Origin: a virus
Lineage: Duplodnaviria > Caudoviricetes
Length of the DNA stretch: 64,000 bases
Virus record (IMG/VR): IMGVR_UViG_3300026274_000001
Direction: 5' to 3' (one strand)
Shown: positions 46,531-55,393 of the stretch, in pieces
Numbering within the stretch: the stretch's first letter is position 1
Layout: each line of letters opens with the position of its first letter
Translations under genes and position numbers: made by a program
The notes under the pieces: model-generated
Told to the model about the DNA's origin: nothing
The model's input: the letters and a program-made list of their open reading frames with translations, nothing else
Database searches by the model: none

Positions 46531-46905
46531 ATGAGCTACAGCGATTTCACTACTGCGTCCTTGGACGAGATTTATGCGGAGGGCAAGCGTCGTGGACTTT
46601 CGTTCGGTGGCGGTGCTGATATGCCCCAAGCAGGGGATCGGTGCTATGTAGACGACGGTAGCCTTGTTGAAGTCTCTGACACTGCAACATTGGAAGAAGC
46701 GATGTTGTATCAAGCATACAATGCAGAAAACCATGGTCGTGACTACTCTCCGTTCGAGTTTATCGCTGACGCGATCAATCAACGCGGCGACAGTGAACAA
46801 GCCTGGGAGAAGTACAGCGCAGGTATTGACGCGGGCATAAAGGAAAACATCGAAGCCAGGATTGCTGCTGTTGCAAGCTACTGGTTTAACGGGGAGGAAG
46901 CATAA
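46531..46905 (+). CDS. Hypothetical protein
   Basis: GGAG SD; promoter 46462-46501. Confidence 0.75.
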   Translation: MSYSDFTTASLDEIYAEGKRRGLSFGGGADMPQAGDRCYVDDGSLVEVSDTATLEEAMLYQAYNAENHGRDYSPFEFIADAINQRGDSEQAWEKYSAGIDAGIKENIEARIAAVASYWFNGEEA

Positions 46906-47324
46906 TGAAAATCGATACGCGGGTCCAATACGTTGCTAACGACGGTACTGCATTCAACAGAGAAGACGATTGCTTGGCCTACGAAGAAGAAGTTGCCGAA
47001 CAAGCCAAGAACACTACGTACTGGTATGTTGTGTTCAATCCCGACCTTACAGAAGGGCGTGGATATTACGGCTATGCGGCGTTTAAGCTGATGACCGCGT
47101 ATATGGCCAAGGAATTCATGGAAGACTTCTGCTTTGATAATTATGGCCGGAAGGTAGCGTTTGTGCAGGGAGCTTCAGCGATGACAAGCTGGCATCTCTC
47201 CAAGATCGAAAAAGAAGTATTCGATCGTCCAGTTGATGGACAGTGCGGCGACTCGAAGATTAGGGGTAAGAAATATACCCTGAAGTTTGTCGATCACAAG
47301 TTGGTTATCGACAAGGAAATTTAA
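46905..47324 (+). CDS. Conserved phage hypothetical protein
   Basis: YVANDGT.F..EDDCL.YE; PDLTEGRGYYG. Confidence 0.8.
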   Translation: MKIDTRVQYVANDGTAFNREDDCLAYEEEVAEQAKNTTYWYVVFNPDLTEGRGYYGYAAFKLMTAYMAKEFMEDFCFDNYGRKVAFVQGASAMTSWHLSKIEKEVFDRPVDGQCGDSKIRGKKYTLKFVDHKLVIDKEI

Positions 47325-47399
47325 GCGAATGATTAAAATGGCTACTCAGGTAGCCATTTGTGTATAATGCGATATCGCATTTAAATGATAAGGAACAAA

Positions 47400-47720
47400 A
47401 TGACTGAACGAATTCACCCTCCTGGCTGGGATCCAATTGCATACCTGAAGGGTCGTCATACGAAGCAATTGCTTGGACTGAAGGACGAACTGTACCGCAT
47501 GAACGGCGGCGGTCGCGATATTCAACGAACGCTTGGTACTGAACAACAAGCGTCGGTACACGATGATGTCTACTTGGATGTTATCGGTGAAGGCAACAGT
47601 GGTTGCATTGTGACTCTTTCTGAGATCAAAGCAGAACTAGCCACGCGTCCCCATGTACCGAACAAGCAAGAGGCTAAAGCTATTCGTCAAGGACTGGCGA
47701 AAGCGCAGCAAAACAGATGA
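47400..47720 (+). CDS. Hypothetical protein
   Basis: AAGGA SD; ELATRPHVPNK.EAK..R. Confidence 0.75.
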   Translation: MTERIHPPGWDPIAYLKGRHTKQLLGLKDELYRMNGGGRDIQRTLGTEQQASVHDDVYLDVIGEGNSGCIVTLSEIKAELATRPHVPNKQEAKAIRQGLAKAQQNR

Positions 47721-48016
47721 GTGACGACCTGGAGCGGTTCAACGTTGAACGTGCTTCTCATGTAACTATCGGGGATCAGCATTTTGTGATCCTTGATGGA
47801 TACTTGGGGCAATATCCAGTTGGGCCCCGCCCAGAAGGAGTGACCCCAGTAGTGATGCAGTATGAGCTACAGCACTTGACGGTTCCGCTGGATCGCACTC
47901 AGTATCGCATGATGCAATTACGTGATAGTGATATGGTGTGGATCAAGTACAAGGTGGAATCTGGCAAGACTGGTAATGAAGATTACAAGATCCATATTAT
48001 TACAGAAGCACGGTAA
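47717..48016 (+). CDS. Hypothetical protein
   Basis: ATGA overlap. Confidence 0.7.
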   Translation: MSDDLERFNVERASHVTIGDQHFVILDGYLGQYPVGPRPEGVTPVVMQYELQHLTVPLDRTQYRMMQLRDSDMVWIKYKVESGKTGNEDYKIHIITEAR

Positions 48017-48078
48017 TCGCTTGTGTTCCTAGCCATATGAACTTAGAATGGTTTATGTGAATATCAGCAGGAGCGAGT

Positions 48079-48633
48079 ATGACTAGGACTGCTACTCAAA
48101 AGGCAAAACGAAAGGCAAAGCGCACGGTAACTTTCGCCCAAACAGGCCCTAAACCGCAGTCTGAATTAAAGACACCCTGGAACCCTAGCAAAACAGCGAT
48201 AGCTAGGGTGAAGGATGTATTACCGATCCCCACCAGATGTCATCTGTGCCAATGTGAAAACATTGAGATCGTAGATCATATCACGATTTACGGACGGCTG
48301 TTTGATAGTGACTGGCCTTGGTGCTATCGTTGTACTGGCTGTAAGGCATATGTGGGGATGCATCCATTCACCAATTTGCCAGTCGGCACCCTTGCTGATG
48401 AACCTCTACGCTATGCTAGAAAGCATGGTAAGGAACCGTTTGAGAAGCTGTGGAAATCTGGTAAGATGACTCGTGATCAAGCATACGAAGAGCTTGCTGC
48501 ACATTTGGATATTGAAAAAAACGAATGTCACTTCGGATGGTTTGACGAGGAACTCTGTTGGGAAGCAATGGAGTGGGCAATTGAAAAACAAAAAGAACTA
48601 GGTCTTTACGTAAGGCCAATAACCGAAGAATAA
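48079..48633 (+). CDS. Zinc-finger protein (DUF3268-like)
   Basis: CHLC, IYG, CTGCKAYVGMHP.T..P.GTLA, CH.GWFD.E.C. Confidence 0.8.
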   Translation: MTRTATQKAKRKAKRTVTFAQTGPKPQSELKTPWNPSKTAIARVKDVLPIPTRCHLCQCENIEIVDHITIYGRLFDSDWPWCYRCTGCKAYVGMHPFTNLPVGTLADEPLRYARKHGKEPFEKLWKSGKMTRDQAYEELAAHLDIEKNECHFGWFDEELCWEAMEWAIEKQKELGLYVRPITEE

Positions 48634-48634
48634 C

Positions 48635-48796
48635 ATGCAGAATGAAGTAGTTACATTGAAAGACGATGAACATCGAGTTAAGTTTCAAGGCAAACTAACC
48701 ACTCGTCAATTTACAACTAAGGGTGCCGCGCTTTCATATCTTATAGCCCTTGCCGCAGGTAAACAGCAGCCAGAATTCATTATTGGATACAAATGA
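48635..48796 (+). CDS. Small hypothetical protein (not in track)
   Basis: Manual translation MQNEVVTLKDD.., 53 aa, coupled at both ends. Confidence 0.5.
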   Translation: MQNEVVTLKDDEHRVKFQGKLTTRQFTTKGAALSYLIALAAGKQQPEFIIGYK

Positions 48797-49038
48797 CTGG
48801 AATCGCACACATAGTTTATTTGGTTAAATTCGATCTCGGATACTACGCCGATACTCAGTTTGATTACGATTGGAGTTACACTACTGACGTGTATGCTGCG
48901 AAGCGTTATAACTTAGAAGATTTGGCACACGAACGAGGCGAATGGGGAATTGGTTTGATACAAAATGATCTACAACCAATTCCAACCTCCTATGTGGTTG
49001 AGCAGTTCAAAATTACAACTATTATGGAACCTGTTTGA
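48793..49038 (+). CDS. Hypothetical protein
   Basis: 81 aa. Confidence 0.65.
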   Translation: MTGIAHIVYLVKFDLGYYADTQFDYDWSYTTDVYAAKRYNLEDLAHERGEWGIGLIQNDLQPIPTSYVVEQFKITTIMEPV

Positions 49039-49811
49039 TGACGCTTGCGGAAGCACACGCTTATGGTATTGATGTAACGGAAATTGGTGATAAGCTTTAT
49101 TTTGTAAAAGGCGGTCAACTGGTAGAACGATCGTGGATGAAACCAGAATATGATGGTGATAATTTCATCCCTCGTTCAGGTACAAACGCATACTGCTATC
49201 ATCTGATTTCACCAGAAGAATCAGCCAAATATGCGTTCGATGCCGTCTATTTTACCGATGACGTAATCTTGAAGGACGTAATGACTTTTATGCTGGCCAA
49301 TCCAGCATATCAAGCCATAATTGGCTGTCATTGCGTTGAAGTGAGTGAGCGTGGATTACAGCGCTTTATTCCCGTTGACAAACTTGACGGTGACATAGAA
49401 TACCTGGAAGTATACAGTTTGGAAACAATTGACAGCCATTCGGTTTACTATTGTGATGACTCTGAAGTTCAACAAGAATTACCAGCAATTCAAGGCTCTA
49501 GGTTCCCAAGCTTTCATGGTATCGGTCGTGTTCTTGAGAAAGATCAAGAACCTTATAAAAAGGGTGATCGTATTCAATGGGGGATATCAGCAAGCAATGC
49601 GGAAACTTTAGCTGCATTACCATTGCGTTTGAATCATACACATAACATTTATGATGAACGTATACCATTCAGCAGTTCTACAGAATATAAACCGTTGTTG
49701 ACTTACACCAGACTGTATTCAATGTTGGATGTATTAAAGGCAATCTTTTGGGAAATGACCTGGTATGGTCCACCAAAAGATCTTGATGATCTGGATGAAA
49801 TTGACATTTAA
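49035..49811 (+). CDS. Hypothetical protein
   Basis: 258 aa; FWEMTWYG.P C-terminus. Confidence 0.8.
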   Translation: MMTLAEAHAYGIDVTEIGDKLYFVKGGQLVERSWMKPEYDGDNFIPRSGTNAYCYHLISPEESAKYAFDAVYFTDDVILKDVMTFMLANPAYQAIIGCHCVEVSERGLQRFIPVDKLDGDIEYLEVYSLETIDSHSVYYCDDSEVQQELPAIQGSRFPSFHGIGRVLEKDQEPYKKGDRIQWGISASNAETLAALPLRLNHTHNIYDERIPFSSSTEYKPLLTYTRLYSMLDVLKAIFWEMTWYGPPKDLDDLDEIDI

Positions 49812-49812
49812 C

Positions 49813-49836
49813 AAAAAGGCCTCCGTGGAGGCCTTT
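49813..49836. terminator. Bidirectional terminator
   Basis: AAAAAGGCCTCCGTGGAGGCCTTT. Confidence 0.8.
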
Positions 49837-49839
49837 CTT

Positions 49840-50067
49840 TTACTTACCTGAAATAAACGCGTTCAACTGCGTTGCTTTTGCTATAACATTGGCTTCTGAC
49901 GGATATTCAGGCAGTACCGGTTTGGTCGGACTATTACCACGGTCCAGGTTATGATCGTATTCGCGCATTATCAATTCGCGTTCGCCATAGTATGCCTCGC
50001 ATAGCATCTCTTTAGCCATTTTCAGAAGTTCGAGTCTGATCTCGTATGGATTCTTGTTATTGTCCAT
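49840..50067 (-). CDS. Conserved T4-like phage hypothetical protein
   Basis: NPYEIRLELLKMAK.ML..YP....VI.KA..L..F; ATG 50067. Confidence 0.75.
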   Translation of the reverse strand: MDNNKNPYEIRLELLKMAKEMLCEAYYGERELIMREYDHNLDRGNSPTKPVLPEYPSEANVIAKATQLNAFISGK

Positions 50068-50215
50068 TTTGTGTGTCTCTGTGTGTATTGATGAAACTAT
50101 TTCATCAACCATGTTTATACAATTGGCAACCAGGTTAGTCAATATTGCACTTGATAGTGCATCAATTATCTAATATATTGGTAGTCAATTGAAATGAACT
50201 TTGAGGACTCGGCAC

Positions 50216-50863
50216 ATGAGCTATATTGATACCGTGGATCATTCATACGTAGGGCGCCTATTTGGCTGGCCAGTATATCATCCTCTGGGTGTTTACACTG
50301 ACGATGAGTTTGATGCTGATCCGTCCAATCTGGTTATTGGTGGTGGTAGCGGTGAACATCCGGGTATGGTGATCAAATCGCTTGACGCTTGTGTCTTACA
50401 GTATATTGAATTTTGCTATGAATATGCCAAGCTAGAAGAGCCTGACTGGCTCGGGAACCTGTACAATGAAGTGGCCGATTCCTATTTTAATCTGTTTGAT
50501 CATAAGTGGCCAATGCAATCAGTGTCAACTTTAGCTATCAAGGTAAAAGCCGCATTTGAAGAAGCGGTGGCCGACAAGATTAAGAATCCACCTCATATTG
50601 AAAATATGCTTGCGATCATGATTGGTGAATTTCTGTATTATTCTGCCCGTCGCTTGCTATCTGAAAAAGTGAATATAGCATTGATCGAACAGTTCAATGA
50701 CGTTTGGGCATTTTCGTTTTTTGAGGTTATCACTGTACCTGCAAAGGGTTATCCATCAAGTGGTCGTCGTCTAGGTATGGAGAATGGTGAGAGTAAGGTT
50801 ATTTGGGGATTGCGCTTCGAAGACGAGCAAAAATATCTTGATGAACATTCATCGAACTGCTAG
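50216..50863 (+). CDS. Hypothetical protein
   Basis: GAGGA SD before ATG 50216. Confidence 0.75.
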   Translation: MSYIDTVDHSYVGRLFGWPVYHPLGVYTDDEFDADPSNLVIGGGSGEHPGMVIKSLDACVLQYIEFCYEYAKLEEPDWLGNLYNEVADSYFNLFDHKWPMQSVSTLAIKVKAAFEEAVADKIKNPPHIENMLAIMIGEFLYYSARRLLSEKVNIALIEQFNDVWAFSFFEVITVPAKGYPSSGRRLGMENGESKVIWGLRFEDEQKYLDEHSSNC

Positions 50864-50893
50864 AGTGGTGGTATTAAATACAGGATGAACACT

Positions 50894-50965
50894 ATGTTTC
50901 TTTTGAACGACGATAATCGCGATAATATGTTGCCTTTGGGTGACAGGCGATTGCTCGTGCGTTAA
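50894..50965 (+). CDS. Asn/Asp-rich attenuator leader peptide (MFLLNDDNRDNMLPLGDRRLLVR)
   Basis: AGGA SD 8 nt upstream; 6 of 7 consecutive codons are Asn/Asp; directly upstream of aspS. Confidence 0.75.
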   Translation: MFLLNDDNRDNMLPLGDRRLLVR

Positions 50966-51014
50966 AACGACAACACTGACATCCAAAGGCGCTCCGTAAA
51001 ACGAGCGCTTTTTT
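50931..51014 (+). promoter_or_regulatory. Attenuator: antiterminator and mutually exclusive terminator
   Basis: GCCTTTGGGTG (50932-50942) pairs CATCCAAAGGC (50980-50990); terminator GCGCTC-CGTAAAAC-GAGCGC-TTTTTT (50989-51014) shares that arm. Confidence 0.8.
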
Positions 51015-51048
51015 GTTGACTATCTGAATCACACTTGAGGAAAATAAA

Positions 51049-52329
51049 ATGAGAGAACTACCAACAACCGTACACGAAGCCCCACACTATATTGGGCAAA
51101 CGGTAACCATGTATATGATTCTGGAAACCCTACGCGATCAGAAACACATGCAATTCATCATTGGACGGGAACGCACTGGCACTTTGCAGCTTGTGATTCA
51201 AAAGTCCAAAGTCGCAAACCATGCCGATATCTCGGAACTCCAACCCGGCTCTACATTTGCTGTGACTGGTACACTAGTCGAAGCTACCCAAAGCAAGACT
51301 CAGGGTATCGAGATGCAGGTTGATAGTGTTGAGATTTTCTCCAAAGCATGGCCGCGCCCTATCACGGAGGAGTCAGGTATTGAAGCACGCTTTGCTCATC
51401 GAGTCGTTGACTTGAAACTTCCAAAGTGGCAGCTGATGATGAAAATCAGAAGTGCCTTTGAAATGGGATGTCGCGAGTACGCACTGGAAAACGGCTGTAC
51501 GGAGTTGCATACTCCGAAGCTGATGGCCAGTGCCAGCGAAAGCGGTTCACAAGTATTCAAAGTTCAGTACTTCGACAAGTTTGCTTATTTGGCCCAGTCA
51601 CCACAGTTTTATAAGCAGATGGGCGTAGCATCAGGCCTTGATGGCGTGTTTGAAATTGGTCCAGTGTTCCGTGCTGAAGAAAGCCATAGCTCCCGCCACA
51701 TGACTGAATTTACTGGCCTGGACGTTGAATTTGCTTGGGCATTTACCACTCAGGATGTGATGACCTTTGAACTTCAAATGCTGCGTCGTGCATTTGAAAA
51801 GTTGCGTCCATTTGCTGCGCAAGCCAAAGAACTGTTTGGCGTTGAACTGCCTGAACACCCAGAATGTCGATTCATGACGCTTGCTGAAGCAAAGGAAATT
51901 GTCAAAGAACGTGGTATTATTCTTCCTGCCTCTGTGGACTTGTCTGACGAAGCAGAACGGGTGCTATATGAAATTACCGGCATTGACTTGATCTTTGTTA
52001 CCGACTATCCAATAGGTAAGCGTCCGTTCTATCATATGTGGGACAAAGAAAAGGGTATCACCCATAGCTTTGACTTGATCTTCAAGGGTATTGAAATCAC
52101 CACTGGTGCGTTGCGGGAACATCGACTCGATATCTTAACTGCGCAAGCAATTGAAAAGGGTGTTGACCCCAAGTCGATCGACCATTACCTTGACAACTTC
52201 CGCTATGGCTGTGCTCCTCATGGTGGGTTCGGTCTGGGTGTTGAACGTGTGATTGCAAAGCTCCTAGGGCTCTCTAGTGTGAAGGAAGCTGCATTTGTTC
52301 CTCGTGACCCAGATCGCCTCGTTCCATAA
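51049..52329 (+). CDS. aspS: Aspartyl-tRNA synthetase, archaeal/eukaryote-like short type
   Basis: OB domain, YLAQSPQFYKQM, GPVFRAEES..RHMTEF..LDVE, PHGGFGLGVER; no bacterial GAD insert. Confidence 0.93.
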   Translation: MRELPTTVHEAPHYIGQTVTMYMILETLRDQKHMQFIIGRERTGTLQLVIQKSKVANHADISELQPGSTFAVTGTLVEATQSKTQGIEMQVDSVEIFSKAWPRPITEESGIEARFAHRVVDLKLPKWQLMMKIRSAFEMGCREYALENGCTELHTPKLMASASESGSQVFKVQYFDKFAYLAQSPQFYKQMGVASGLDGVFEIGPVFRAEESHSSRHMTEFTGLDVEFAWAFTTQDVMTFELQMLRRAFEKLRPFAAQAKELFGVELPEHPECRFMTLAEAKEIVKERGIILPASVDLSDEAERVLYEITGIDLIFVTDYPIGKRPFYHMWDKEKGITHSFDLIFKGIEITTGALREHRLDILTAQAIEKGVDPKSIDHYLDNFRYGCAPHGGFGLGVERVIAKLLGLSSVKEAAFVPRDPDRLVP

Positions 52330-52389
52330 ACTGCTTGATACGATGCTCATATGAACTTATCATGTGAGCATCATTTTCATGGAGGTATT

Positions 52390-52773
52390 ATGGTTACCAC
52401 AGAGAGTCTGTTTCAAAATATCAACGATTTCCTTGCTGAGCGTAAGGAAAGCAGCCCGGGTGGTGGTTGGGCACCAGTCACCCAAAAAGAAATGGAGGCC
52501 ATGTACGATATTATCAACGGCTTGATTGAACTCAAATATGAGTACGACGCGGACCATGACCTCCCGATGACCGTACGGCTGCTTGATCGCACCATGTTCA
52601 AGTCGAGCTTCTATGACCCCATGTTTCAAGACCATGCGTTTGACGGATACACGGAAGCTGACATCGCGAAGCTCAATCTTAGCCGAGCAGTCATGAATGT
52701 TGGCATAGCGGCCGACGAAGTGAAGTTAGCGACGCGTGTGCTTGATATGCACATTACTGGAAATAAAAAATGA
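52390..52773 (+). CDS. Hypothetical protein
   Basis: GGAGG SD; promoter TTGATA 52335 / TATCAT 52358. Confidence 0.75.
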   Translation: MVTTESLFQNINDFLAERKESSPGGGWAPVTQKEMEAMYDIINGLIELKYEYDADHDLPMTVRLLDRTMFKSSFYDPMFQDHAFDGYTEADIAKLNLSRAVMNVGIAADEVKLATRVLDMHITGNKK

Positions 52774-53042
52774 CACTGCGATGTACGCATTGTGGTTCCC
52801 TCGGTGTCATTCAAACCCAGGTAACTGTCCAAGCACCTGGTGATCTTTATTTCCAGTTTACAAAAAGAATGTTTAAGCGAAGTGATGTTCAGATCATTAG
52901 TGCACAATGGGAGACTACTGATTTTATCTGTGGTAACCCTGCTTGTGGTCGGGTCCGAGATAGCTTGGGAAACTATGTGACTAAGCTAGAACGTAGAGTA
53001 CAAGAACTTGAAGATCAAGTTGCTCAACTGGAGAAGAAATGA
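52770..53042 (+). CDS. Zn-ribbon + coiled-coil protein
   Basis: CTHC ... CGNPAC. Confidence 0.7.
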   Translation: MTLRCTHCGSLGVIQTQVTVQAPGDLYFQFTKRMFKRSDVQIISAQWETTDFICGNPACGRVRDSLGNYVTKLERRVQELEDQVAQLEKK

Positions 53043-53668
53043 TTTCAAAGCCACAACTAAAGACTGATACTGTTGATCAGTCAAGCTATTACATTCAACT
53101 TTTTGATCTTTCTGGACCAGACCTGGACGTTGACACTGGTCTATTTTTGACGAAACCATTTCAAGTTATTGCTGTGGTGGATGTGGAAGGGGAAGATGAG
53201 CTTGACACCCATGACATGTCAACAGTCGAGCGGTTCTTGACACTGTACTTGGGTAGCGGTAATGACGGTGGGTTGCTGTGGATTCCGTCAAAAGCAGCAG
53301 ACGCATTCCCGGAGTTTGCAGCAACGTTCCTGAAGACTGCATACCGTGCCGACGAACTGAATCTTACAAATGGTCCAGTATCTGAAGCGTTTGCTTTGTT
53401 CAAAGCAGAAGACGGGTTGGTTGTTGCTGTGCTTGACCCAGAATGCTTCACCGAAGTATTTGACAACGCATTCAATCAGTTTGTATCTGAACAAAAACTT
53501 GAAGTATGGGATGATGTGACTCAGTTTGACCCAGAAAAGGCATTCTCATTTAGTGATTGCCATCTTGACTGCAATCTCAAACTTGGACGCAGTAGTATAA
53601 CTGTCGATGTATTCTTGCAAGCATTGCAAACACGTGGTCTTCTGGGTGATTTGGAATCTGATGTCTAA
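53039..53668 (+). CDS. Acidic hypothetical protein
   Basis: 209 aa. Confidence 0.75.
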   Translation: MISKPQLKTDTVDQSSYYIQLFDLSGPDLDVDTGLFLTKPFQVIAVVDVEGEDELDTHDMSTVERFLTLYLGSGNDGGLLWIPSKAADAFPEFAATFLKTAYRADELNLTNGPVSEAFALFKAEDGLVVAVLDPECFTEVFDNAFNQFVSEQKLEVWDDVTQFDPEKAFSFSDCHLDCNLKLGRSSITVDVFLQALQTRGLLGDLESDV

Positions 53669-53755
53669 TATCAAGTAGACTGCTATTCATTTAATGCTTG
53701 AATAAACAACCAAATGAATATATCATGAACGTATGACTATTGACCTGGAGCGTTC

Positions 53756-54037
53756 ATGAAAAGCACTATGGATTCATTGAAGTTGCTGTACGATCAGCAA
53801 GCTGATGAAATTTACAGTCTACTGCTGTGCGGTGCTTGGTCTGAAGAGCGAGTAGCTAACTACATGGCAGGTATGAACGCTATGTTGGAACTGACCTTGA
53901 AACATACCCGTTGTTTTCAAGGTTACGTGCACATTGGTTCCACTAAACAGCAAACAAACAATGTTTGGCGTTACATTGTAGTCACCCCCGATCATCCTGA
54001 ATTTAAGGAATGGCGCCGGCGTTATTTGTGGGACTAA
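53756..54037 (+). CDS. Hypothetical protein, paralogue of 56588-56926
   Basis: GMNAML..L....C.QG...PDHPEFKEWR..Y. Confidence 0.75.
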   Translation: MKSTMDSLKLLYDQQADEIYSLLLCGAWSEERVANYMAGMNAMLELTLKHTRCFQGYVHIGSTKQQTNNVWRYIVVTPDHPEFKEWRRRYLWD

Positions 54038-54050
54038 TGGCAAGCAGACC

Positions 54051-54068
54051 GGGGAGCAATTGCTCCCC
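54051..54068 (+). terminator. Terminator palindrome
   Basis: GGGGAGCAATTGCTCCCC. Confidence 0.75.
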
Positions 54069-54151
54069 TGTTTATATGACTATCAAGATGGCGAAAAGTC
54101 GGCTACTTTCAGTTTAGCATACCAAATGAATATCAATCAAGCGAAATAATA

Positions 54152-54207
54152 TTCATTTGGTGCTTGCAACCAAGTTCAAATGAACACATAATAGGAACAT
54201 GGTAAAC
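54152..54207 (+). promoter_or_regulatory. Promoter with inverted CAWRTGAA boxes
   Basis: TTCATTTG-17-CAAATGAA; TTGCAA-17-CATAAT; ATGGTAAAC. Confidence 0.85.
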
Positions 54208-54225
54208 AACAAAGAGGAAGCAAAA

Positions 54226-54573
54226 ATGTCCAAGTTTTACTTTAAGCGGGTAGTTGGTGCTTACAGCATGTCCCGCGACAACACGCCTGACTTCCTCGAA
54301 ACCAAGGTTCTCCAACAAGTGTCGTATGCGACGATTCCGGGATTTGGTCCCGGTTATGTGAATACGTCGGCTGAGATTGTGCGCCACTACTCTGCAAAGA
54401 TCACCCGCAAGCTTACCGACGAGGAAGAAAAGCAACTTGGTTACTTCCTGATCGGCAACACTAAGTTCGATGACCGTGCAGCTATGGCACTGGATGCAAA
54501 GCTGGCGAAAGCAACCGCAAAGGAATTCATCCGCCGCGAAGAAGCCGCTTGGAAACGCCAAGGACGTGCGTAA
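54226..54573 (+). CDS. Hypothetical early protein
   Basis: GAGGA SD. Confidence 0.8.
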   Translation: MSKFYFKRVVGAYSMSRDNTPDFLETKVLQQVSYATIPGFGPGYVNTSAEIVRHYSAKITRKLTDEEEKQLGYFLIGNTKFDDRAAMALDAKLAKATAKEFIRREEAAWKRQGRA

Positions 54574-54827
54574 TGCAGTTGACAACTCAACAACTTTCGG
54601 ATTTGTGGGCGAAGTATTACCATTCCCGTTCGTCGTATTACTGGCTTGACTTTGCCGAAGCATTGCTTGGTCTCATCGGTGAAACACTTACCGAAAAACA
54701 ACTGGTTGATTTGTGGGAACATCACTGCTTGACTCGCCTTCCGCAACCCGGATATCTACATTTTGCCGGCGAGGACAAGAACAAAGGTGTCGAATTTGGC
54801 CAAGACATTCTCAACCTGTTCAAATAA
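54573..54827 (+). CDS. Hypothetical protein with internal repeat
   Basis: LTTQQLSDLW / LTEKQLVDLW; TAATG coupling. Confidence 0.7.
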   Translation: MQLTTQQLSDLWAKYYHSRSSYYWLDFAEALLGLIGETLTEKQLVDLWEHHCLTRLPQPGYLHFAGEDKNKGVEFGQDILNLFK

Positions 54828-54883
54828 TTCATTTAACACTTGCTACCATGTTCAAATGAACTTACCATAGGAACATGGTAAAC
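54828..54883 (+). promoter_or_regulatory. Promoter with inverted CAWRTGAA boxes
   Basis: TTCATTTA-17-CAAATGAA; TTGCTA-17-TACCAT. Confidence 0.8.
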
Positions 54884-54900
54884 AAACAAGGAGAAGGTAA

Positions 54901-55122
54901 ATGAACGTAGATCAAGTTAAAACCGCCCTGTTGAATAACGTTGAAAACGAACAAACGCAGGACGACGGTGTTTGGGGTAGTGTGTATCTCGACAACGCTC
55001 GGTTTGATCTGAAGATCAGTAAGCACAGCTTCGCTGGTTATCTGTCCGCACTTGAAGGCCGTGGCGAATATCGCCAGTCGCCCGACGACGATGGTTATTT
55101 TGGTCGTGTGAAAGTCAGCTAA
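54901..55122 (+). CDS. Hypothetical early protein
   Basis: AAGGAG SD. Confidence 0.75.
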   Translation: MNVDQVKTALLNNVENEQTQDDGVWGSVYLDNARFDLKISKHSFAGYLSALEGRGEYRQSPDDDGYFGRVKVS

Positions 55123-55151
55123 CGTTCAAGGAGTATTATATGGCCGGTCTA

Positions 55152-55319
55152 ATGTATGAGTGGACTGTGAAATTCAAAGAAGGCTTCGAAATGAAGATAC
55201 CGGCCGACAGTGAATTTATGGTTCGTCAAGAAGTGAAAGAGCACTTGGATGCTCTTGGGTTTGGTGATTGCCCAATTGCGAGCATAAAGGTTGGGCGTCG
55301 ATTGTTTCCTGAAAAATAG
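55152..55319 (+). CDS. Small hypothetical protein (not in track)
   Basis: Manual translation MYEWTVKFKEGFEMKI.., 55 aa. Confidence 0.5.
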   Translation: MYEWTVKFKEGFEMKIPADSEFMVRQEVKEHLDALGFGDCPIASIKVGRRLFPEK

Positions 55320-55375
55320 TTCATTTAACGCTTGCAACCAAGTTTAAATGAACGCATCATAGATACATGGTAAAC
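55320..55375 (+). promoter_or_regulatory. Promoter with inverted boxes
   Basis: TTCATTTA-17-TAAATGAA (perfect inverted repeat); TTGCAA-17-CATCAT. Confidence 0.85.
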
Positions 55376-55393
55376 AACTTAGGAGAAAACAAG

